Source: Octopus bimaculoides (lineage: Eukaryota). From it: 64,000 nucleotides of DNA. Made by a program: the position numbers and the translations under genes. This document shows positions 25,587 to 37,289 of this stretch, one piece after another; within the stretch, counting starts at the first letter, position 1; the number at the start of each line of letters is the position of its first letter. The stretch lies in contig NC_068989.1 of the NCBI RefSeq assembly GCF_001194135.2, positions 67,119,589 to 67,183,588 of the forward strand, written 5' to 3'. A model generated the notes under the pieces. That model was given only the letters and a program-made list of their open reading frames with translations, was not told the DNA's origin and did not search any database.

Positions 25587-25905
25587 CCACGATAGCACGA
25601 AATATTGTTTCTGATTTAAGTACAAAGCCAATAGTCTTTGAGAGCAGTAATACCTAACTTTATCGGCCCCAAAAGCATGAAAAGCAAATTTTACTTCGGC
25701 AGGATTTGAACTCGGAATGTAAAGAACAGGAAGCAATATTGCGAAGTATTTTCCCACTGATCTAACGATTCTGCCAGCTCGTCCCACTGTAGATAATAAC
25801 ATTGCATACACGACAGTAGTCAGTCAAATCTGCGACTCCAGTGAGATTCATTGTGTCCGTGTCGTGTACCAAAACCCCGACAGAACATACCCTACCAACG
25901 AAAGC
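25587..25905. promoter_or_regulatory. Probable shared bidirectional promoter/5'UTR region of POP1 and RIDA
   Basis: Lies between a minus-strand donor tgg|gtaagc (25586; candidate end of non-coding POP1 exon 1) and the RIDA ATG (25906); locally CpG-rich. TSSs cannot be located from sequence alone. Confidence 0.5.
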
Positions 25906-25970
25906 ATGGCTGGTATCTGTAAACGTATTATTAACACAGTTAATGCACCCAAAGCAATCGGTGCTTACAG
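25906..25970 (+). CDS. RIDA: RidA (YjgF/YER057c/UK114) enamine/imine deaminase, exon 1
   Basis: MAGICKRIINTVNAPKAIGAY(S); donor ag|gtaaaa; matches the AP.AIG.YSQA family motif. Not in ORF track. Confidence 0.95.
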
Positions 25971-27418
25971 GTAAAAACCAACTTAATTTCTTTGGTTAAT
26001 CATTTGTGAATAGTTAGACAAACGTGTAGAAAGTCTAGGCTAACAACACCCATGTGTATGTGTGTTAAATGGCCAGCTGGGTACATGTCGGTGTCTGCAT
26101 ACTGACAGCCCCTATCGAGTAGACCTATGATTATAGACCCTACAACCATTAGCACCTGCCTTAGTCTAAAAACTGATATCTAGGGCTGCGTTGTAAAGTT
26201 GCCAAACCTGAACGTAATCAACGACCTCCAGTACAAAACAGAAGGGACCACATAGAAAAAAACAAACCCTACTGGAATCCCTTAATGTCTTCAAGAATTC
26301 TAAATTACAGGATTTTATTGTTTATAAAATGTATTATAAAATGGTAATTAAGTTAGCTTAGCCATAGGTTTCCTCATTGACTTTGCTATGTGTAGAATCT
26401 GTTTTATTGTTTATAAAATACGCCAAAGAACAACAATTGACTCAGTTTAATTTATGTAAATAATTTAACTGAAGTTAAAAATGATAATTTATTTGTAAAT
26501 TGGATGGAGAATGCAACATGTCGTTACCGTTTATCCCTTTCTGTTTTCTGTCCGCGGTCCCGACAACTTTACAATATGCGCTTACAGGTACATGGGTATA
26601 TATGTTGGGCGGAGATAAAGAATACACATACCACCCGTTTTCAGTGTAACTGGGTGTGCATATATGTTTTACCTTCGCCCCAAGATGTAGTAAAATATCA
26701 ATAAATGTTAAAATTACGCTCCTTTACTGTCCTTGAAACAAAAGGAAATTGACCTTAATACATTACCCGTCTTTAAAATTTTAATAATTACGCCTTATTT
26801 ATAATGTTTATGAAAGAAAAGGAGAAACTTTCTTTCTATTTTATTTCAATTAAGGAAGTTCTAAAAGTTTTCAACTTCGCATTGAGGACTGTAACTCTGT
26901 AGGGAAAATCGGCATTACACAATAAACTACCCAAAGTTGAGTACCCCACTCGACTTTGCTCCTTCGTAAGTTTCTTAAAAATAGATACTTTCTAATGAAA
27001 TTTTGCAGGAAAGTGTTTTTGATGGTATAGATTATGATTATGTTAATGAAATTTAGAAAAAAAAAATGGAAGAGTCTTTGATCGTTTTTCCTCTTTCGGC
27101 TCGTATTCATTACTGCCAATTTCCGCCAACTTTTGCATTTTTTTTCATTTATTAGAATTATGTTTGAAACCTAAACAATACATAATGTAAAAACTCGAAG
27201 ACATATTTCTGTAATATTTCATTCAAAAATAAAAATTTCTCCGAAAATCACAAGGAAACAAAAGTCGGATGGAAAGGGGACACCAACCTGTAGTTAATGA
27301 TAGAAATTCTAGGTTAAAAGGGTACATACAGGGTAAAAGGTGAAATGGTATTTTAGAGTAAAAAGAAGTATTTATTTTAAAACTCGTTATTATATTTCAA
27401 TACTCAATTAGAAGTTAC

Positions 27419-27458
<40 letters not shown>

Positions 27459-27576
27459 TAACTGCTAAACCTGTCCACGTATGTATGTTGTGTGTGTTTG
27501 CTTCGGAATAAAGCGTTAGACTTGTACAGAGCGTGGTAGGAAATTAAATAAATGATAACTGAGCTTCTGTTTAGAA

Positions 27577-28146
27577 CAGGGGGGTTCTCACCTATTTTAT
27601 TCTAGTGGACCACCATAGCCATTTATTGTTTAAAAAACTATTGTGTCTGGGGAGAGTTATAATTATTTAACACACCGGTTCGATTTCCACTCATTTACTT
27701 TTTTTTTTCTTCTAAAAATTTCGTTGCGTCTTGCAACGAAAATTTTAGAAAAAAATAAGTAAATGAGTGGAAATCGAACTGGTGAGTGTGTTAAATAATA
27801 AGGCACGAAAAGAGAATGACTCCCCTCAGACACAATAAAATATGCTTCAACACACGAATTCACATAAAGAGTCTTGCAAACCAAATACAATAACGGTTTA
27901 AAAACTAGTTTTGGAGAAACTTCTTTCAAAAATTCCTGTTTTGCTTATCACATATTCATTCACTTGTTGAACTATGATAAACGTTAGAGAAAGAAACCTA
28001 GCTGTCTTTTGTAATACATGCCAATACATACATCTAAAGCAAAATTTTTTCAGTAACCCTTAAAATACTATTGTGTTTCCTCAATTTACTATTTTGCTTG
28101 TGTGGACCCCCAAAAATCTTATATGGACCCCAGTTGAGAACCACTG
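27577..28146. mobile_element. hAT MITE containing a nested foldback element
   Basis: cagggggggttctca / ttgagaaccactg ends; perfect 8-bp TSD GTTTAGAA. Confidence 0.82.
27641..27835. mobile_element. Foldback MITE with TA flanks
   Basis: ttgtgtctg... / ...cagacacaa; nearly the whole element is an imperfect palindrome centred on aatttcgttgc-gtctt-gcaacgaaaatt; TA on both sides. Confidence 0.75.
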
Positions 28147-28513
28147 GTTTAGAAGGAAGCTATAAGGTAATGCACAAGCACTCAGCTCTGGATGCACTCT
28201 GCTTTGGATTAACCATTAAGCAAAATAAGCATGTGTTTAGGACATCAAGGGAGTGGGGCACCACAGAAATGGTAAATGGTTTACGACACAAAAGAAATCA
28301 CTTTAAACTTGCTGAAATAATATCGGGATGCCTTATCTCTACTAAGTATAGAAGCAGATATGTTATGAAAGATTGTGAGGACCTGATCAAAGACTTTGCA
28401 ATTAATAAGTAGGAGAGATCTTTCCAAATATAAATAAAGTGGAAGTATACAAAAATAAACATTATTTTCCATCTTAATGTTAATTTTGTTTCATTTAAAA
28501 AATTTATCTTATA

Positions 28514-28675
28514 GGCGTAGGAGTGGCTGTGTGGTAAGTAGCTTGCTTACGAACCACATGGTTCCGGGTTCAGTTCCACTGCATGGCACCTTGGGCAAAT
28601 GTCTTCTACTATAGCCTTGAGCCGACTAAAGCCTTGCGAATGGATTTGGTTGACGGAAACTGAAAGAAGCTCGTC

Positions 28676-28680
<5 letters not shown>
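28514..28680 (+). mobile_element. tRNA-derived SINE (ggagtggctgtgtggtaag family)
   Basis: A box, B box ggttcagttcc, core ggcaccttgggcaagtgtcttctactatagcc; many copies (3080-3240, 40885-41015, 43000-43390, 44424-44830, 63727-64000). Confidence 0.8.
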
Positions 28681-28709
<29 letters not shown>

Positions 28710-30068
28710 GGATATACTATAGAAAGCCAGAAAACTACAGTATTCATCTCAAGAAAGTATCTCATATAGATGTATAGTGCTAAAAAGCTCCGAAGTATAT
28801 CAGTAGTAAATATAAAATGTCTAGCTGTATCTGGGTCTCTGCTTCTTTGAATGGCATCAGTAGCTACTATCCGCTAGCAACCCACATGCTTAGACAACTT
28901 TAGCTTCTACTGTTATCTTTTATATTTTACTTGTTTCACCCATTTCACTGTAGCCATGCTGGGGCACCACTTTGAAGAATTTTAGTCTAACTTATCAACT
29001 CCAGTACTTATTTTTTTTTTTTGTAAAGCCTGGTACTTTATTCTATCAGATTCTTTTGCTAAACCACTAAGTTACAGGGATGTAAACACACCAACACTGG
29101 TTGTCAAGCGGTGGTGAAGAACAAACACCTACACAAAGACTCACACACACATATACATATGATAGGCTTCTTTCAGGTTCCGTCCACCAAATCCACTCAC
29201 AAGGCAGCCCAAAGTGATAGTAGAAGAGACTCACCCAAGGTACCATGCAGTGGAACTGAATCCAGAACCATAGAGTTGGGAAATAAACCACACAGCTACA
29301 GTGATTAGCAAATCTAAGTGCTGCAAATAGTGATAGAAGCAGCGTTAGTTCAAAATAGCATTCTATATATCCAGATTAAATCAAATATACAGAATGCTGT
29401 TTTGAACTAATATTTCCTCTGCTGTTAATAACAAAAGAAAAAAGTATTTCTACCATTTGGGAGATTAAAAAATTCTTTTTCAACAAGGGTTAGTATTGCA
29501 TAGTAAATGTCACAAGGTTGTTTGTTGTCTCTTGCTAGTTAAACCATTTTGTAGTGTTTTTGTCATCTGTAGGGGAACGGTGAGATGAAATTATCAGTTT
29601 TACATAAGTAGAAATGTCTAGAGCTGTTGTTCTCAACCATTTTTTACCTATTTCACCATTTGAATCCTATTTCACTCAGGTGAACTCCAATAGCCATTCA
29701 TTTTTTTTTTAATCATATTATATTTTCATCATTAAATATTGTTAGGTATTGTATAAAAAATTTTAATATTTTGTATATTGTAGAAATATAACCTATTTAT
29801 TCCAAATAAATTTTAACAACAGAATCCTATTTGGACTCCAAGGGCCTTATGGACCCCAATTGAGAACCACTGCTCTATAGGGTTGGGGACATTGATAAAA
29901 TAAGAAAAATTATATTTTCTAAAAGTTTCACTAAAATTACTTTGGAACGTCGCATATTGGTGAGTCTGACTCATCATACATGATAAACAAAAGACTGACA
30001 CCCAGTCTGCAAACCAGGCTTGATTTCACTTGCACCGAAGAATTTTTATATTGAAACAGAGCCTTAGC

Positions 30069-30286
30069 CCCTTAGCATTCAGATTATTCTGTCAAATGAA
30101 ATGCTTATTTATTCACATTGTTTTGAATTAATCATGCATCATCTTGTAGCTTTGAGATTTTTACGATGTGGTTGCTTAGTTTTAGAAGGACAATGTAGGT
30201 AGGTGTGACAGGCTACATTTGGCTGGTTTGAACATAAAACAGGTTGAATATTTAGGCCAGATATAGCTGGTTTGATTGCTAGAGGG
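30069..30286. mobile_element. piggyBac-like MITE
   Basis: ccctt agcattca ... tgattgctagaggg|ttaa; left TTAA is degenerate (ttag). Confidence 0.45.
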
Positions 30287-32545
30287 TTAAACCAGTGTAT
30301 GAGAGGTATAGTATAGTCAGTTCATATCTAGGGTAAACACTTGCATGCTGCAGATGCTGCTGTACTCCTTCTCCAAATGCAGGAGTTAATGTCTCATCAG
30401 GTGGTGAAGCAGTTCTGTGGGTGTTTTAGCAAAATGCTTAGTAACATTTCATTCGTCTTTATGTTCTGAGTTCAAATTCAGCTGAGGTTGACTTTACCTT
30501 TCATCCTTTCAGGGTTGATAAAATAAGTACCAGCTAAGCACTGGGATCAATGTAATCAACTTCCTCACCCCTGAAATTGCTGGCATTGTGCCAATATTTT
30601 CATTTCCCTCCGTCTTCTGGGTACATGGCCTATCACTTAAATATCAGTGAAGTTCAACTCCTCAGTTGTAATCTTTGACTATGGGTTATGATTAATGTTT
30701 GGGTTAAGAAATGATTGTGCCCGCATGGTTGTTTTGTGACAGTGTTTTTTGCAAGAATTTCCTTGAGATACACCATGTGTATCTCAGTTTTTAGATGAGA
30801 TAAACTATATCCTTGCGTGTCACAAAGAGGCAGGTGAAAGGGTTGGTGTCAGAAAGGATAGGTAGCCATGAAACACAGTTTCAAAAAGTCCCCTCCAACT
30901 CATGGCAACATGGAAAAGCAGGCATAGAAATTATCTGCATTAAAGTCAGAACCACTTTATGTAAAACCCATCTCTTATTTCATTATTGTGATAATTACAA
31001 ATTAGTTGTACCTGCTTTATCTCTGTTAGTTAAACTGATTTTTAAAATTGGGTTCTAACCAGCTTCTTTATCAGTTCCAGTTCTTATTTTTCTTTAGCTT
31101 ATCGGTACTGTCAACTGCAAACCTATGACCTTGATCTAGCAACAAAACCTGTATATAGTTGCTTGACCTGCTTAGCAGTATTTCGTCTGCCGTTACGTTC
31201 TGAGTTCAAATTCTGCCGAGGTCAACTTTGCCTTTCATCCTTTCAGGGTTGATTAAATAAGTACCAGTTACGCACTGGGATCTATATAATCGCCTTAATC
31301 CGTTTGTCTGTCCTTGTTTGTCCCCTCTATGTGTAGCCCCTTGTGGGCAGTAAAGAAATAAGAAACGTTAGCACACAAGGCAAAAACTTTGCGGCATTTC
31401 GTCTGTTTTTACATTCTGAGTTCATATTCCACCGAGGTTGACTTTGCCTTTCATCATTTCGAGGTCTATAAATTAAGTACGAGTTGCGTATTGGAGTCGA
31501 TCTAATCGACTGGCCCCCTCCCCAAAAATTTCATGCCTTGTGCCTAGAGTAGAAAAGAATATTTGTATGTCTATATCATTTTCTTCTTTTTATATATCAA
31601 TTTTTCCTTTCCTTCTTTCCCTTCTCTTTTTTCTTTTTTTCCTTTCTTCACTTTCCTTTTCTTTATCTTTTACTTTCTCTTCTCCCTCTTTCATTATTTC
31701 TATCTCTCTTTCCCTTTCTTTCGTTCGTTTTTTATTGTTCTTTCTCTTTGTCTTCTTTTAATACTTTATTCTCTCTCTCTTTATGTCTTTAACATTTGAC
31801 AGCAGGAAAAAAATAATCTTTTATTTCTCAGATAAAAAATACTGCTAACAGATTTCTATCTCCTCACATTACCAAAATATATTCCAATTATATTTTCACT
31901 GTTCCTATTTATGACTATGTTGATTACAGCCAGTGACCAAAGAGGAAGCAAAGCCAAAATTTCTTGGTTCCACTAATTCTACATTCTGGTGTGTTTTTTC
32001 CGCTATTATAATTACTTTTTGAGAGGAAATAACCTGAAATGAGATATTTAGTGTGTGTGTGTGTGTGTGTTAAGTTCCAGGTCAACTCTGATCAACAAAG
32101 TTCATGATCAAAGGCAATCTAGTCGTGGCCACTCCATCTGCTTAAGGGTATTTCTAGGACAACATTATCCAATGTGTCCTTTTGTATTTAAAATGGTTAG
32201 ATGTGATTGAAATTGGCTGATTTCATATGCATTTAATTGTTGTTGCATTGAGTGCGATTTGAGGGAAATTTAGCTTCTATTTCTTGTTAAGAACTTAGTA
32301 TTCCAGTTAAAGAGTTTATGGACTAGGTGATGTTTACCATAATTGAACAGTCCATGTGCAATCAATGGACAATTATTGGAGGACTTTTTAAAATGAATGT
32401 ATTATATGTTTTTTTTTTAATGTCTTATCCTTGAGGCAAGTCTGTAGTTTCACCATAGTGTTTATTTTTACAATACAAATATTTTTCCAGTAACCAAGTC
32501 TTGGTCTCACTACTGTCTAGTGAAATTATTCTCCTAGTACAAACT

Positions 32546-32886
32546 GTTGTTGGCACTCCATCGCTTACGACGTCGAGGGTTCCAGTTGATCCGATCAACG
32601 GAACAGCCTGCTCGTGAAATTAACGTAGTTCTCGGGGATATTCAGCGTGACACAGTGTGATAAGGCTGACCCTTTGAATTACAGGCACAGCAGAAACAGG
32701 AAGTAAGAGTGAGAGAACGTTGTGGTGGAAGAGTACAGCAGGGTTCGCCACCATCCCCTGCCGGAGCCTCGTGGAGCTTTAGGTGTTTTCGCTCAATAAA
32801 CACTCACAACGCCCGGTTTGGGAATCGAAACCGCGATCCTATGACCGCAAGTCCGCTGCCCTAACCACTGGGCCATTGCGCCTCCA
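32546..32886 (-). mobile_element. Full-length tRNA(Arg)-like SINE with 12-bp TSD
   Basis: Same family as 18066-18454; TSD ctagtacaaact at 32534-32545 and 32887-32898. Confidence 0.9.
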
Positions 32887-33071
32887 CTAGTACAAACTAC
32901 TACCAAGATATCAAGAGGAATAATTTATCTCTCGAGTTATTTATTTGATTCCATCTATCTGATATCTGCAAGGTTACAAAATTTCTACTCCTTATTCTTG
33001 CCAAGCACTTCAGTCTTCCTCCTCACCCCACCTCTCTCGTACCACATCCTGGAAATATGCAACAGTGTGTC

Positions 33072-33232
33072 CAGTGCCGGATTTAGGACAACTGAGGCCC
33101 TGTGCTAGTTAAGTTATAAGGTCCCTTACTTAGACAGGGCCCCTTACATGGACGGCCCCGTTGACTAGGGGCCCCTGGTCATTGAGGTCCTGTGCTTAAG
33201 TACACCTAAGCACAATGGTAAATCCAGCACTG
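33072..33232. mobile_element. hAT MITE (161 bp)
   Basis: TIR cagtgccggattt / aaatccagcactg; perfect 8-bp TSD AGTGTGTC. Confidence 0.88.
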
Positions 33233-33419
33233 AGTGTGTCCCATTCCAGTGAAGGACAATCTCTGATTCTCTCCTATCATTCAATTCCACTTACTTACAA
33301 AATTACAAACTTCCTAGAAGCAGCCATTAACTACAACCTTCTCTAACCCCTTGTGTCTTTTTCTTTACTTCATGGCTACTGGAGACACTTTCTCCTGTAT
33401 CTATCACTCATCAGTGGGC

Positions 33420-33900
33420 CCTTGCCCTTGAGAAATATGGAGAAAGCAATATTGTTGCATTCGCTATTAGCAAAAAAATGTCTGACATGTGAATTTCATG
33501 GCAAAACTGCCTGCTAAGGCCTCCTTTCACCTCTCATCACTGCGATTGGTGGCTTCCTATCAGAACATATCATTAAGGTATGTGCTGATAGCTAGGTCTT
33601 TCTCTCTCTCTCTCTCTTTGCTTATTTTTTATCTGTTTATTCAAACCAACCAACCATTCATCTATCCAACCATCCATTCAGCCAACCAACCATCCAACCA
33701 ACATGCTTCACACCACACCACTGACACAATGAAATCTTGATAAATTCCTCTAATGGAGTCTTGCCAATACTATCTCCTTCTACAACACAACAAAAGCAAT
33801 TGCCATTCAAATCAAGAAACATTATCTCACTCCTACCCTACATCATGCAGGAACAGCACTCTCCTAGAACCCTCAAGGTCACTAGCTACACACCCAATAA
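33420..33900 (+). mobile_element. Highly degraded CR1/L2-like RT fragment
   Basis: Broken frames give IGGFLSEHIIKV and INSSNGVLPILSP, resembling RT W.SSFLS.R..KV and GVPQGS.LSP. Confidence 0.4.
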
Positions 33901-33918
33901 AAGTACATGTACACTATA

Positions 33919-34154
33919 CAGGGTGGCCCAAAAGTAAGTTTACAGTTATCATGTAGGCACTTTAAATTTCTTGTAAAACATTTTATTACATTTAAATTTC
34001 TATCTTACAAACTGAAAAAGGAGCTTGACAAAATTAACTAAATTAGCATAGAATAATGGGTTCATATCTTTTTTATAATTAAGATCTAAACTGTTAATAT
34101 ATGAATGCGAAAGAGATAGTTGAATAACTGTAAGCCTACTTTTGGGCTACTTTG
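33919..34154. mobile_element. Tc1/mariner MITE with TA TSD
   Basis: ta|cagggtggcccaaaagtaagtttacagtt ... aactgtaagcctacttttgggctactttg|ta. Confidence 0.75.
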
Positions 34155-34560
34155 TATAGATAAAATGGCATCATAAACACCAGCCTTCCTCTTTTGGGTC
34201 AGAAAGCACTTCAGCCCCCACCACTCTCTCTCAACAACAGCTAATACATTCTAGAAAGTTCAGTTGAGATTCACAATGAGGTATTCTTCTACATCTATAT
34301 ATATATTCCTTTATTTTTGTTTCAGTCATTTGACTGTGGCCATGTTGGAGCAAATCAACCCCAGGACTTTTCTTTTTAAGCCTGGTACTTATTCTATCAA
34401 TCTCATTTGCCAAACTGCTAAGTTATAGGGACATAAACACATCAATACTGGTTGTCAAGCAATGATGGGAGGACAAACAAAAACACACACACACACATAT
34501 ACGATGGGCTTCTTTCAGTTTCCATTTACTAAATCCATTCAGAAGGTTTTGGTTGGCCTT

Positions 34561-34737
34561 ACTGACAGCATCTCTGTACATGGCTTGTACAGCTCTCACT
34601 AACCATTCATCTATCCCTAGTTTCTGCAATGACCACCAGATAAGGGATTGGGGGACCCTGTCAAAGGCTTTCTCCATGTCAATGAAAGCCAGGTACGGAG
34701 GTTTATCTTTGGCTAGGTATTTCTCCTGAGGCTGTCT
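34561..34737 (-). mobile_element. RTE-type LINE reverse transcriptase fragment embedded in a SINE
   Basis: QEKYLAKDKPPYLAFIDMEKAFDRVPQSLIWWSLQKLGIDEWLVRAVQAMYRDAVS is the RT F.D.EKAFDRV region; SINE sequence on both sides. Confidence 0.85.
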
Positions 34738-35386
34738 CACAAGGCATTGGTTGGCTCAAGGCTATAGTAGAAGACACTTGCCCAAAAGTGCCATGCAGTG
34801 GGACTAAACCCAGAGCAATGTAGTTAGGAAGCAAGCTTCTTACCAACATTTTTTCATTACTGTGAAGAAAAAATATTGGAATTTTTAAAACCTTAAATTA
34901 AGCTTTAAGATATACATTTTAACACTGAAAATTTGATTTATTTTTGTATTAAATAGATACTTGAGAAATAGTGATAGTTTTTTAACTTTTTATATTAAAC
35001 TATAAGAAATGAGTGATTATGGAGAAACAAGAAAGAAATTGTGAATGTGGATTAACATAAGAAAATATACATTTTCAGTTGTTCATGAAACATCTAGGTT
35101 TTCTCATAACACTTGAGTTGTCAGCCCATTTTAATAATAATAATGATGATTATAATAATAATAAAATAATCCTTTCACAAGGCCTGAAATTTTGTGAACG
35201 TAGATAGTCAATTCAGTTGATCTCAGTTGATACTTACTGTATTGATCTTGAAAGGATGAAAGGCAAAGTTGACCTCAGCAGAATTTGAACTCAGAAGAAA
35301 TGTCACTAAGCATTTTGCCTTGATGCACTAATGATTCTATCGGTTTGCTGCCTTCATAATAATAATCCTTTCTTCTATAGACACAA

Positions 35387-35429
35387 TAAACGGCAGGTAA
35401 GTAACTATGACTCTCTTAAGGTAGCCAAA
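35387..35429 (+). pseudogene. 28S rRNA-derived fragment (43 bp)
   Basis: 35400-35429 AGTAACTATGACTCTCTTAAGGTAGCCAAA matches the conserved eukaryotic LSU rRNA segment as recalled (30 nt); TAAACGGC upstream extends the match. Confidence 0.85.
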
Positions 35430-36073
35430 AATAAAAATAATAGTAATAATAATACGGTTTCAAATTTTTGGTACAAAACCAGCAATTTTAGGAGAGGCAA
35501 CATGGTCAGTATTGACTCCTAGGGGTCTATGTATCTATCCAAAAAATCAGTAAACAACCTTTAACAACTTGAACTATTAACAAACTGAATTTGGAAGAGT
35601 TTTGTAATTTAAGGCTAAATTCACAAATTTGCATCCAAATATTGCTGCAATAACTATATTCACCAAACACATATTTCAACTATATAAATATGTGACTGAA
35701 TTGTTCTTTATCAATTGCATTAAGTATTCTCATTAAATTTCTTTTAATATTTCTAATAATAGTAATGATACAAAAAAACAAAGGAATTATTGTTTTTAAA
35801 TCAATAAATGTTTTATTAATTATACTTCTTAATTTAATTTTAGAAATTACATGATAGGTGTTAAGTTATCAAAGGTTCTATAATATATATATATATACAA
35901 GAAGTTTGCTGACCCCCAGTTTAGAATATGACCTTCAGCAGAGTTTCTCCTGAAGAAATTGGTAGAATCCATAGTGTTAGATGCTGTTCTAGATTGATGA
36001 TTGTTTAATATATTCGGTTATTAATATTCCTGTCTTGTCTACTCTTTTATAATTACATGTATTATCATTTTAG

Positions 36074-36179
36074 CCAAGCTGTAGTGGTTGATAAAACTAT
36101 GTATGTCTCAGGACAGCTTGGTCTTAATCCTACCACCATGGAGTTTCCTTCCAACAATGCTGCTGAACAAGCTGACCAG
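36074..36179 (+). CDS. RIDA: RidA exon 2
   Basis: tttag|C ... cag|gtatgt; QAVVVDKTMYVSGQLGLNPTTMEFPSNNAAEQADQ. Confidence 0.96.
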
Positions 36180-36757
36180 GTATGTTTTCTTATTCTAGCA
36201 TGGGTTAGATGAGAATATATTATTATTGTTGTTGTTGTTTTACAGCTGGTTTTCCTTCTTGTCTCTAATCCATGTCTGTTTTTCAAGGAAGAGATGTCTT
36301 ATTTCATTCTTACACAAAGGCACAAACCCAGTGGGTGATTTGTTGGCAGGAGAAATGATAACATCTCATACTGATATCTACCAAACTGATAACAATCTAT
36401 GCGATGCATGCAGAACAGTGAGAATCAAAACAATAATATATCTATTAATTCTCCATAATATATTTTTCATTATACAAGTTGAATTTTTCAGCCCAAAGTT
36501 TACAGTCAAAACGTTTTAGGTTGACTTCTACACCAAGACAACTTTAGAGAATCAAAAATTCCATGTTAAATGCAGTAGGATTTGTAAAGATAGTGATACT
36601 GTTTAAATATTTGCACATGTTTACACTATATTTTATGTCGACTTATATACTGGAAAATATGGTACATTCTGATAAATTTTAATGTGAATATACTGATCAC
36701 TGTTGTTTTACATCATCAGAAATCATGCCCTGCCTTTTAATACAATATCATCTAAAG

Positions 36758-37078
36758 CAGGGATTCTCAACCATTTTTTCTCTATAGACCCCTTCGATTA
36801 CTATTTAATTCTGGTGGATCCCCCATAGTCATTTGATGTTTTATAGAAACTTCTTTTAAAATTCCTATTTTGTTTTTCATACAATTTGTGTAGCTTGAAC
36901 TATGTAAAATATTAAAGAAAGAAACCTAGCTGTTTCTTCCAATACATACATCTAAAGCAAAATTTTTTCAGGGGCCCTTAAAATACTATTGTGGATCCCC
37001 AATTTATCATTATAAGGACCCCCACCGAATCTAGTATGGACCCTCAGTGGCTATGTAGACCTCGGTTGAGAACCACTG
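36758..37078. mobile_element. hAT MITE (uninterrupted copy)
   Basis: cagggattctcaacc / ggttgagaaccactg; imperfect TSD atctaaag/atctaaga. Confidence 0.75.
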
Positions 37079-37234
37079 ATCTAAGAGCTGTAATTCATCA
37101 TGACATATTTTGCTTATATCTTATATTTATCATAGCATTTATATTGTATTCTGTAATTATCAATTTTCAATCTTAATGAGAATCCAATGAAAATACTTAA
37201 GATTTCAATTTGGCAATTTCATGATTCTTTACAG

Positions 37235-37289
37235 GCTCTCAAAAATATGTCTGCAATTCTCAAAGAGGCTGGGGCTTCCCTAAACAATG
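37235..37289 (+). CDS. RIDA: RidA exon 3
   Basis: ttctttacag|GCT ... G|gtaagt; ALKNMSAILKEAGASLNN(V). Confidence 0.96.

Noticed and set aside
25542-25595. Short plus-strand ORF MAKKRRQVGRVKKAYPR, NLS-like
   Set aside because: 17 codons, no homology recognised, and it overlaps a minus-strand splice donor; likely chance.
35387-35429. rRNA gene or rDNA unit
   Set aside because: Only about 43 bp match; flanks are SINE sequence, so it is reported as a fragment.
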